Part shown: one piece after another, positions 57,046 to 64,000 of the stretch
Position numbering within the stretch: position 1 is the first letter of the stretch
Layout: every line of letters starts with the position of its first letter
Assembly: GCA_964655915.1 (NCBI GenBank)
Contig: CAZZNV010000001.1
Location: 10,012 to 74,011, forward strand
Reading direction: 5' to 3'
From: an uncultured Azospirillaceae bacterium
GTDB lineage: Bacteria > Pseudomonadota > Alphaproteobacteria > RF32 > CAG-239
Length of the DNA stretch: 64,000 nucleotides
Position numbers and translations under genes: made by a program
Notes under the pieces: generated by a model
What the model was told of the DNA's origin: nothing
Database searches by the model: none
What the model saw: the letters and a program-made list of their open reading frames with translations, nothing else

Positions 57046-57787
57046 ACGGCAAAATATTAAAGTTGTGGCAGCCAGTGTAACCGGTGCTTTGCACCGACAC
57101 AAGGAATTACCGTGTCAGGATTTTTTTCAGCACACCTTCGGGCGTAACTTTGTGGCTGTGGTGTCTGACGGAGCCGGTTCCGCAAAATATGGGAAAATCG
57201 GCGCACGAACAATCTGTTCAACTTTATGCGATTTGCTAAAAAACGCCGCTTTTCAAAATGTGGAACACGTTGTACCTCAGGCTATTGACGTGGCTCGCAG
57301 GAAGTTGATGCGCCACCGCCTTAACAAAACAAAAGACGAAAAAGGTTTGGCGGATTTCGCAGCGACGATTGTCGGACTGGTTCATTATAAAAAACGCGGT
57401 ATCTTCTTCCATATTGGTGATGGAGCCGCTATTGCCTTAGAAGGTATTACGGGGAAGAATTTTACAGCTTCTCGACCGGCAAACGGTTCTTTTTCGTGTG
57501 AAACATTTTTCTTTACGCAAAGTGATTGGCGCAAAAATCTGCGCTTTACGGCTTTTGAAAACGCCAACACCGTTTTTTTGATGAGCGACGGATTAACAAC
57601 ATTTTCCTTTGCGAATGATTATCGCGATATTGAAAAAAACTTTGTTTTACCGATTAATGACTTTTTAAAAGAAGAAAAACTTAAAACAAAAGCTGAGCGG
57701 GCTCTGATTAACACCTTAAACATGCCCAAAGCACAAAAAATAAATTCTGATGACAAAACATTGGTTTGGGCGGAGGTTTGGCCGTGA
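57035..57787 (+). CDS. PP2C-family Ser/Thr protein phosphatase
   Basis: Paired metal-binding Asp-Gly motifs (VVSDGAGSAKYG; FLMSDGLTTF). Start chosen at MKIKRQNIKV, overlapping the vWA stop; the ORF track starts 22 codons earlier. Confidence 0.65.
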   Translation: MKIKRQNIKVVAASVTGALHRHKELPCQDFFQHTFGRNFVAVVSDGAGSAKYGKIGARTICSTLCDLLKNAAFQNVEHVVPQAIDVARRKLMRHRLNKTKDEKGLADFAATIVGLVHYKKRGIFFHIGDGAAIALEGITGKNFTASRPANGSFSCETFFFTQSDWRKNLRFTAFENANTVFLMSDGLTTFSFANDYRDIEKNFVLPINDFLKEEKLKTKAERALINTLNMPKAQKINSDDKTLVWAEVWP

Positions 57788-59244
57788 CCGACACATTGGA
57801 AAATTCGGTGTATAATGCCGTCTATGCCGACGGCTCTGCTGACAAAATTGTTCTCGGAGAACTCATTAACAGAGGCGGAGCTTCAGGAAAAATATATTTG
57901 GTTGGCAACAAACCCGGTTTTGTGGCAAAGATTTTTCATAACCTGAATAAAAGCAAAACCAATCGTAAAAAACTGGAAGCCATGCTTTTGAACAAACCCA
58001 ATTTTGAACCGGTTGAAAGCAACGGTACAAAGTATATTCAAATCGCTTGGCCGGAGGCTATTTTAGAAGATGAAAAAGGGTTTTGCACGGGGTATTTGAT
58101 GCCCCTCATCAAAATGGAAGAAGCCGTATCTTTGGACCATTTGATGCAAAAAGCCATTCGGCAAAAACTGTATTTGCCGGAAAAATACGCTTATCGCATT
58201 TTTGCAGCTTATAATCTGGCCTCTATGGTAACATCATTGCACAAATGCGGACACTATATTGTTGACCTGAAACCTTCAAATGTATCCGTTTATAAAGAAA
58301 ATATGCTTATTGCCATGGTAGATTGTGACGGATTTTCCATTTGCGGTGAAAATGCCCGATATCCGGCGGAATTTGTCAGCGAAGAATATATCTATCCCGA
58401 AGGTATGGATAAATCATGTGAAGAAATGGGAGAAGAGCAGGATAAATTTGCTCTTGCCGTTATTATCTTTAAGCTCTTAAACAACGGAATACATCCTTTT
58501 TCCGGAATGCCTCGCAAAAATGACGGGGAACGGCTGACTATTCAGAACAGAATCGAAAAACATCATTATGCCTATGGCTTGTGGCCCGATAATTATCAAT
58601 CCCCTCACCCTTACAGTATTCATGAATACTTTGATAAAGAAACTCTGGAACTTTTTGAGCGTTCGTTTGCACAAGAGGGGAATCGCCCAACGGCCTATGA
58701 ATGGCAAGAACATTTGTGGAAACTTATGCACCATTTGCGCCAGTGTAAAAAAGATGCAAACCATGTGTATTTCACATCTAAGGGGTGCGGTCTTTGCGTG
58801 AGCGAAGACAGATTTTTGGCTGATATGAAAGAACGAAAAAGCAAGTTCTATAAGCCTGAAAAAATTCGAGGTATTGAAGTCAGCGAACTTTCTGCTGAAA
58901 AAAATGAACAAAATAAAAAGGTTCAATTAGCACATGATACCAAAATGCAAAAAATCGGAATTGCGGTTCTGGCAGCCTTTGTCTTGTTTTTTGCTTTCCT
59001 CTTCAAGCTTTTACAGTATTTTTCCACAACCATTATCCAAACAGGTGTTGGTTTTCAGGCTTTTTTGATTACATTGACCTTGTTTGGCATTCACAAGGGT
59101 TTTCAATGCGCTGAAGATAAATTAACTCTTTTTAAGAACAAAACATTAACCAATATGTTGTTGGTTTATGCTTTTTTCTGCGTGTTTATCGCCTTAATTT
59201 CCATTAATGATATTCCACAGAATCTTCTTGATTTGGCGCAATAA
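57766..59244 (+). CDS. Hanks-type Ser/Thr protein kinase with C-terminal membrane segments
   Basis: Gly-rich loop plus VAK Lys (RGGASGKIYLV...GFVAKIF), catalytic loop (HYIVDLKPSNV) and a DFG-equivalent (MVDCDGFS). Two C-terminal TM helices. TTG (57766) or GTG (57784, overlapping the PP2C stop) start. Confidence 0.65.
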   Translation: MGGGLAVTDTLENSVYNAVYADGSADKIVLGELINRGGASGKIYLVGNKPGFVAKIFHNLNKSKTNRKKLEAMLLNKPNFEPVESNGTKYIQIAWPEAILEDEKGFCTGYLMPLIKMEEAVSLDHLMQKAIRQKLYLPEKYAYRIFAAYNLASMVTSLHKCGHYIVDLKPSNVSVYKENMLIAMVDCDGFSICGENARYPAEFVSEEYIYPEGMDKSCEEMGEEQDKFALAVIIFKLLNNGIHPFSGMPRKNDGERLTIQNRIEKHHYAYGLWPDNYQSPHPYSIHEYFDKETLELFERSFAQEGNRPTAYEWQEHLWKLMHHLRQCKKDANHVYFTSKGCGLCVSEDRFLADMKERKSKFYKPEKIRGIEVSELSAEKNEQNKKVQLAHDTKMQKIGIAVLAAFVLFFAFLFKLLQYFSTTIIQTGVGFQAFLITLTLFGIHKGFQCAEDKLTLFKNKTLTNMLLVYAFFCVFIALISINDIPQNLLDLAQ

Positions 59245-59294
59245 TCCTGATATAAATTTTTTGTTTTTAACTATGTTTTATAAGGAACAAACTC

Positions 59295-60683
59295 GTGAAA
59301 AAACTTAATCCGATTATGATTTCGGGAAAAGAAGTTTACCCTCTTATTGAAGGCGGCAAAGGCATTAATGCCAGTGATGGTCGCAGCAGCGGTGCTTGGG
59401 CACACGAAGACTGTGTGGGTACTTTTTCCGGTGTTAGTCCGGACTACTATGACAGCCTAGGCAATGTCATTTTGGAAAAATATTTTAACAGAGACCGTAA
59501 AGAACGCCACATGGAAATGATAGAGCAATCTATTAAAGGCGGGGTTGCTCAGGCACAGATTGCACACGAAATATCCGGCGGGAAGGGACGTATTCATATG
59601 AATATGCTCTGGGAACTTGCCGGTTCAGAGCAGATACTTAATGGCGTTTTGGAGCGTGCCAAGGGTTTGATTAACGGTATTACTTGTGGTGCCGGAATGC
59701 CTTATCGTTTGGGTGAATTAGCCTCTAAGTTCGGCGTTTATTACTACCCTATCGTATCGTCTGCCAGAGCTTTCCAAATTTTGTGGAAGCGCGCATATAA
59801 TCGCTTTGTTGATTTTTTGGGCGGCGTTGTTTATGAAGACCCTTGGTTGGCCGGCGGACACAACGGGTTGTCCAATGCGGAAGACCCCACACAGCCCCAA
59901 ACGCCGTATTTGCGCGTTGTTGCCCTTCGCAAGGCAATGAATGAGCTCGGGCTGAACAATTTGCCGATTATTCTGGCCGGTGGCGTGTGGAGCTTGAAAG
60001 AATGGGACGAATATATTGATAATCCTGATGTTGGGAAAGTGGCTTTCCAATTTGGGACAAGACCTATGATTACAAAGGAAAGTCCTGTTAGCGATGCTTG
60101 GAAGCGTCTTATGCTTCAACTCAAAAAGGGCGATGTTATTTTACAGCGATTTAGCCCCACAGGGTTCTTTTCTTCAGCAATTAAGAATACCTTTTTGGAA
60201 AATTTAATGCGTAGAAAACAAGGCGAGGTAGCCTTTAAGGTTGAAGCTGACGATGTTTTTTGCCACCCGCTGAATGTTTCAAAAACAAAAATGATTTTCA
60301 TCAAACAGGAAGACGCCGAGAAAGCTGTTAATCAAATTAACGCCGGTTATACAGAGATTAAAGAAACCCCTGATGAAACCGTTGTTTTCTTGTCTCCCGA
60401 AGAATGGAAACAAATGAAAGAAGACCGCAAGAATTGTGTCGGTTGCTTGTCGCAATGTCAGTTTTCTTCATGGTCTCAGGCAAAAGGGCATTCCGGACGC
60501 TTACCTGATCCGCGTTCTTACTGCATTCACAAAACGCTTTATGATGTTAGTCACAATGGTAATATTAAAGATAATTTGCTGTTTGCCGGACATCAGGTTT
60601 ATCGTTTTGCGACAGATCCTCTTTACAGAAACGGGATTCCTTCTGTTAAGGAGCTTATAGATCGTATAAAATCAGGTGATTAG
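59295..60683 (+). CDS. NMO-like (nitronate monooxygenase/enoyl-reductase-type TIM-barrel) flavoprotein with Cys-rich C-terminal extension; tentative
   Basis: GTG start 7 nt after an AAGGA RBS. N-terminal PLIEGGKG and later LPIILAGGVWS resemble NMO FMN-binding motifs. Low confidence. Confidence 0.35.
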   Translation: MKKLNPIMISGKEVYPLIEGGKGINASDGRSSGAWAHEDCVGTFSGVSPDYYDSLGNVILEKYFNRDRKERHMEMIEQSIKGGVAQAQIAHEISGGKGRIHMNMLWELAGSEQILNGVLERAKGLINGITCGAGMPYRLGELASKFGVYYYPIVSSARAFQILWKRAYNRFVDFLGGVVYEDPWLAGGHNGLSNAEDPTQPQTPYLRVVALRKAMNELGLNNLPIILAGGVWSLKEWDEYIDNPDVGKVAFQFGTRPMITKESPVSDAWKRLMLQLKKGDVILQRFSPTGFFSSAIKNTFLENLMRRKQGEVAFKVEADDVFCHPLNVSKTKMIFIKQEDAEKAVNQINAGYTEIKETPDETVVFLSPEEWKQMKEDRKNCVGCLSQCQFSSWSQAKGHSGRLPDPRSYCIHKTLYDVSHNGNIKDNLLFAGHQVYRFATDPLYRNGIPSVKELIDRIKSGD

Positions 60684-60687
60684 TCAG

Positions 60688-60711
60688 AAAGGGGCTTAAA
60701 GCCCCTTTTTC
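60688..60711 (+). terminator. Rho-independent terminator
   Basis: GGGGCTT-AAA-GCCCC hairpin followed by T5. Confidence 0.6.
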
Positions 60712-60793
60712 ATATGCTTATTAACTATACAGATTGCCCCTTAAAATAAAGCTTGCAAAAAATTTTTTTTGATATATGAATACTTTCGTAAAT

Positions 60794-60884
60794 GGATAGA
60801 TGGCCGAGTGGTCGAAGGCGCACGATTGGAAATCGTGTATACCTCCAAAGGGTATCCAGGGTTCGAATCCCTGTCTATCCGCCA
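60794..60884 (+). tRNA. tRNA-Ser (anticodon GGA)
   Basis: Hand-folded. Acceptor GGATAGA/TCTATCC. D-arm GCC-GAGTGGTCGAA-GGC. Anticodon arm CACGA-TTGGAAA-TCGTG. Long variable arm typical of class II. T-arm CAGGG-TTCGAAT-CCCTG. Discriminator G and CCA encoded. Confidence 0.8.
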
Positions 60885-60892
60885 TTAACAAA

Positions 60893-60918
60893 AGAGCACC
60901 CTTGCGGTGCTTTTTTTG
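60893..60918 (+). terminator. Rho-independent terminator after tRNA-Ser
   Basis: GCACC-CTTGC-GGTGC hairpin plus T7. Confidence 0.55.
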
Positions 60919-60986
60919 TTGATGATGAGAGCGTTAAGATTTTGCCATGAGAAAGAAGGCGATTTTGCATAAAACAAAGGGGGATT

Positions 60987-61583
60987 TTATCCCGCCTTCG
61001 TTTTTAGGTATGTATATAATGTTTTATAATCCACTTTTAGCATACAAGCTATCTTTGTTTTAGGTATATTTTGTAACAACATTTTATCAATCAACGCCTC
61101 TTTTCCAGATAGCTTGGTGACTTTATTTTTTCTTCCTTTCGGCCTTCCGATAGGTTTGTTTTCGGCTTTTAATCTGGCCAAACTTTGTTTGGTGCGCTGA
61201 GATATTAAGTTGCGTTCTATTTCTGCAGACAAACCAAAGGCAAACGCCAAAACTTTACTTTGAATATCTGAACCTAATTTATAATTATCTTTAATTGTCC
61301 ATACCTGACAATTTATGTTCATGCAATAATGTAAAATGCTCATTACTTGTAAGAGATTGCGCCCCAGTCGGCTTAATTCACTTGCAATAACAATATCATC
61401 CGGTTTTAATTTTTTTAATAGTTTGCCTAATTTTCTATCTTTCAAATCTTTTTTTGATGAAATTGTTTCCTCAATCCATTGGCTAACACAAATATTATTT
61501 TCTCTGGCAAAATTTTCTATTTCAAATTTTTGATTTTCTTGATGCTGTAAATCGGTTGATATTCTAATATAACCATAAATCAT
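60987..61583 (-). mobile_element. Small serine recombinase (resolvase/Hin-Gin invertase family) gene
   Basis: AAGGAG RBS 5 nt before ATG. N-terminal catalytic motif (MIYGYIRISTDLQHQENQ), with the catalytic Ser near residue 10. C-terminal HTH (KTKIACMLKVDYKTLYTYL). About 198 aa. Adjacent to tRNA-Ser and to perfect inverted repeats. Confidence 0.8.
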
Positions 61584-61652
61584 GACTACTCCTTTCCATT
61601 TGTTTGCTAAAAAGGGTAGGCTAAAAAGATATATAACATATTGAAAATAAAT

Positions 61653-61787
61653 GAACAATTCTTTTCCATAGTATCTTGTATATCCTAAAAGTCAATAAAG
61701 TTTTCATCTATCAATGCTAATGTGCCAGGCGCGCGTATCTCGTTTGATTTTAAAAACAAGTTATAATACTATGGAAAAGAATTGTTC
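61653..61787. repeat. Perfect 22-bp inverted repeats (61653-61674 GAACAATTCTTTTCCATAGTAT and 61766-61787 ATACTATGGAAAAGAATTGTTC) flanking a 91-bp segment: candidate invertible DNA switch
   Basis: The two 22-mers are exact reverse complements. They lie between the recombinase gene and the OMP gene. The enclosed segment ends in a consensus TATAAT. Confidence 0.6.
61739..61767 (+). promoter_or_regulatory. Candidate sigma70-type promoter (-10 TATAAT at 61762-61767, weak -35) inside the inverted-repeat-bounded segment, oriented toward the OMP gene
   Basis: Perfect TATAAT 87 nt upstream of ATG 61854. The -35 region is poor (TCGTTT). Confidence 0.3.
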
Positions 61788-61853
61788 GGTTTTCCGCATA
61801 TAGGGTAAATAGAGCAATTTGTGTCTTAAAACTTTTTATAAAAGGAAATACTT

Positions 61854-62528
61854 ATGAATAAAGCTTTATTGTTAGCCGGTGTTGCCACAGTATTATTTGC
61901 TGCCAATGCCAACGCAATTGAATATACTCCTTATGTTTCAGCAAAGGTAAGTTATGCAAAAACTGATGTAGATTATTCACAAATGCATGGCAAAACATAC
62001 CGTTCATCAGATTTAGATGATAAAGTTTGGGGTGCTAAACTTGCTGTCGGCGTTGCAACTCCTGTTCCACATGGTGCTGTAAGAACCGAATTGGAATATG
62101 CTTTCTCTCAAACATTTAAAGCTGATTTTACAGATGCTGAAACAGCAAAGGCCGGCGGTAGAGCTAAGATGAAAGGCGATATTAATACATATATGTTGAA
62201 CGCCTATTATGATATTGACACAGGAACTAAATTTACTCCTTATGTTGGAGCCGGTATGGGTGTTGCTCGCCTTAAAGCCAGAGGAAATGTTGATTTCGAC
62301 GGTGAAAGAGTTTCTGACTTCAGCAAATCTAAAAACAATTTTGCTTGGCAACTCGGTGCCGGTGCCGCTTATGCTTTGACGGACAACGTATCTGTTGATG
62401 TCGGATACAGATATACAGATGCAGGAAAAGTAAATGGCACAGCTTCCTTCACAGGAGATGACAAACCCAGCATCAAAACAGAAACTACTATGCATGAATT
62501 CCTACTCGGTGCAAGATATAGCTTCTAA
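61854..62528 (+). CDS. Outer-membrane beta-barrel protein (OmpA-like/Omp25/Opa/OmpX-type small porin family)
   Basis: AAGGA RBS. Signal peptide MNKALLLAGVATVLFAANANA. Alternating amphipathic beta-strands with aromatic girdle residues. C-terminal RYSF with terminal Phe. 224 aa. Confidence 0.7.
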   Translation: MNKALLLAGVATVLFAANANAIEYTPYVSAKVSYAKTDVDYSQMHGKTYRSSDLDDKVWGAKLAVGVATPVPHGAVRTELEYAFSQTFKADFTDAETAKAGGRAKMKGDINTYMLNAYYDIDTGTKFTPYVGAGMGVARLKARGNVDFDGERVSDFSKSKNNFAWQLGAGAAYALTDNVSVDVGYRYTDAGKVNGTASFTGDDKPSIKTETTMHEFLLGARYSF

Positions 62529-62566
62529 TTTTATTTATTGAAGCAAGTAGTTTTTTTCATGAGAAT

Positions 62567-62601
62567 AGGCTGTATAAGAAATTATACAGCCTATGTTTTT
62601 A
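62567..62601 (+). terminator. Rho-independent terminator after OMP gene
   Basis: Hairpin AGGCTGTATA-AGAAAT-TATACAGCCT followed by a T-rich run. Confidence 0.55.
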
Positions 62602-62648
62602 TCAAGATACAATGTTACAACAACGCTGGTTTGTTGTGGCAAGATATT

Positions 62649-64000
62649 TTATTGCCTTTGCCGTTTCAACCCCTGAAGGATAGAAATTATCATTTGATTC
62701 TTATCCTGATTCCGTTGTTTATACAGCTCATTTTGCCGCATATAACCTTTTCCGAAGACATAATCATAACAAGCCTCAATAACCGGGCGCCACTCCGGAT
62801 TTAGGCGAGTTTTACCTTCATCTACAATCAGTGGCGGTGTGTCGGTATCGGTTATTCCACTCAAACGAAACAGTTGGCAACCGTTATCCACCTTATCGCC
62901 CACTTTCCAATCCCCACCGGAAATCTTAACAACAACACGGTCTTCTCTGGGGTTTGTAGCGTAGGGTGTTTGGCTGTTCAGACTCTTGTAGGAAGAGAAG
63001 TCAAGCTTCCACTCCCCGCTTTCTTGTTTCTTAATCTCGTAAAAACCGGGTTTTAGATTTCTCTGAATCTCAGCTTTATGCCCCTTAGCCTGAGTTGAGT
63101 GAACCTTGAGGTAAAACTCACCGGAATTGAAAGCATAAGCCCTATGAATATCCGCAGACTTTTCACGCAACCGGCGGAAAACGTTTTGTACCTCCGTATC
63201 ATTAAAATCTGCATAACTGCTTAACAATGATATTTTTAACAACGAAGGTATTCCGCTGTTTTCAGCATCTTTAGACATTTGAGCGGTTGGACCTTGTTGG
63301 CGATCATTGATTTCATTTATCCATATTTTTCCGTTTTTATCTATCATTAAATCGGCACCGGCCAGTCCTACATGGCCGGCTAATGCCAATGTTTTTGACA
63401 ATTTAAAGCCTATTTCCGATATTTGTTGCTGAATATCCTCAGGGTAAACATATCCGACATCATTCCCGACACCATTACTCTTGCTGCTGGTCAAATGCTC
63501 GTCACCGACAGCTTTAAGCGTTCCTCTGCCGACGACCGTGACAATATTTTCTTCGTTAATGCCTTGGGCGGCCGCTTTCGCCGTCAACACGTCCAACGTT
63601 TGCGGGTCAAACGCATTCATCTCAGGAGATAAGTCTATTTTTTTAGCGCCTAAAATATTTTCCGCCGCTAACAGATTGCCGGCAAAAAACGACAAGTTAC
63701 TTTCATAACCGCTGATGTATTTAGCAACTTTTCTTTTGGTTCCGGTTTCTTTTATATTTTTTACAAAACTGGCGCAATCCTCAAAAAACAAAGTACCCTT
63801 GCCGGCCGTATTGCCGTTTTCAGAACAGCAATCCTGAACAACAACGCGCCCCTTTTCATCTTTGAGACGATCATAAACATCAACCAATTCATCTATGGAA
63901 GTTTTTCCGTCAACCCTTTCTACCGGTATTTTGTAGGCTGAAAGGCCGGCTTTATCCAAAATATAGCTCAAATTTCCTTTTTCTTCAAAATAGCCGCGCT
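62649..64000 (-). CDS. ATP-grasp superfamily ligase-like protein, 5' end outside window
   Basis: The reading frame stays open upstream of the track's TTG at 63971 to the window edge. ATP-grasp C-terminal signature (GHVGLAGADLMIDKNGKIWINEINDRQQGP) followed by an additional roughly 200-aa C-terminal domain. Confidence 0.45.
   Translation of the reverse strand, partial: RGYFEEKGNLSYILDKAGLSAYKIPVERVDGKTSIDELVDVYDRLKDEKGRVVVQDCCSENGNTAGKGTLFFEDCASFVKNIKETGTKRKVAKYISGYESNLSFFAGNLLAAENILGAKKIDLSPEMNAFDPQTLDVLTAKAAAQGINEENIVTVVGRGTLKAVGDEHLTSSKSNGVGNDVGYVYPEDIQQQISEIGFKLSKTLALAGHVGLAGADLMIDKNGKIWINEINDRQQGPTAQMSKDAENSGIPSLLKISLLSSYADFNDTEVQNVFRRLREKSADIHRAYAFNSGEFYLKVHSTQAKGHKAEIQRNLKPGFYEIKKQESGEWKLDFSSYKSLNSQTPYATNPREDRVVVKISGGDWKVGDKVDNGCQLFRLSGITDTDTPPLIVDEGKTRLNPEWRPVIEACYDYVFGKGYMRQNELYKQRNQDKNQMIISILQGLKRQRQ

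Noticed and set aside
62538-62804. 88-aa plus-strand ORF after the OMP terminator
   Set aside because: It overlaps the 3' end of the convergent ATP-grasp gene and the terminator hairpin, has no RBS, and its product is hydrophobic and low-complexity.
1-64000. CRISPR arrays, rRNA genes, IS transposases
   Set aside because: I found no regularly spaced short direct repeats with unique spacers, no rRNA-like conserved segments, and no DDE-transposase-like ORF with terminal inverted repeats. The only recombinase is the small serine recombinase at 60987-61583.

Overview
This window reads as low-GC (about 40%) bacterial DNA and is dominated by two surface-machinery gene clusters plus a short tRNA-flanked accessory stretch.

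(1) A roughly 30 kb minus-strand operon (about 40555 down to 10220) encodes a VirB/Rvh-type type IV secretion system (T4SS). Its order is three tandem virB2-like pilin genes, virB3, virB4, six translationally coupled secreted coiled-coil proteins, virB8, a small virB7-like lipoprotein, a second virB8, virB9, a 1137-aa repeat protein, a giant virB10 and virB11. Two tandem virB6/TrbL-like genes sit at the 5' end of the window on the plus strand. Duplicated virB8, virB7 lying between them, tandem virB6 and no virB5 recall Rickettsiales rvh systems. Three genes are exceptional: a virB2-like pilin fused to a roughly 1000-aa extension, a virB10 with a roughly 1100-aa N-terminal repeat region, and the 1137-aa bitopic protein. 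All three share the same ~17-aa tandem repeat (consensus roughly DGTVVDANGNVIGxV), which I do not recognise as a described family.

(2) Plus strand 42.7-52.1 kb carries a type IVb (R64/PAPI-1 thin-pilus-like) pilus cluster, colinear with PilL-N-O-P-Q-R-S: lipoprotein, lipoprotein secretin, two accessory proteins, GspE/PilB-family ATPase, GspF/PilC-family platform, small membrane protein, prepilin. It ends at tRNA-Arg(CCU). Downstream follow a sulfatase-family membrane transferase and a PilT-like ATPase.

(3) Between tRNA-Arg and tRNA-Ser(GGA) lie gpt, a TlpA-like thioredoxin, a vWA / PP2C / Ser-Thr-kinase triad (TerY-P-like) and an NMO-like oxidoreductase. Just after tRNA-Ser is a small serine recombinase next to perfect 22-bp inverted repeats. 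These enclose a TATAAT -10 element aimed at an outer-membrane beta-barrel gene, which is a candidate phase-variation switch.

The remaining genes are a dual-HTH XRE regulator, an acidic K-tract protein with DWEWEYVE repeats, Q/P-rich and lipoprotein hypotheticals, and a 5'-truncated ATP-grasp gene at the window end. I saw no CRISPR array and no rRNA. All calls come from reading the translations; no searches were run.
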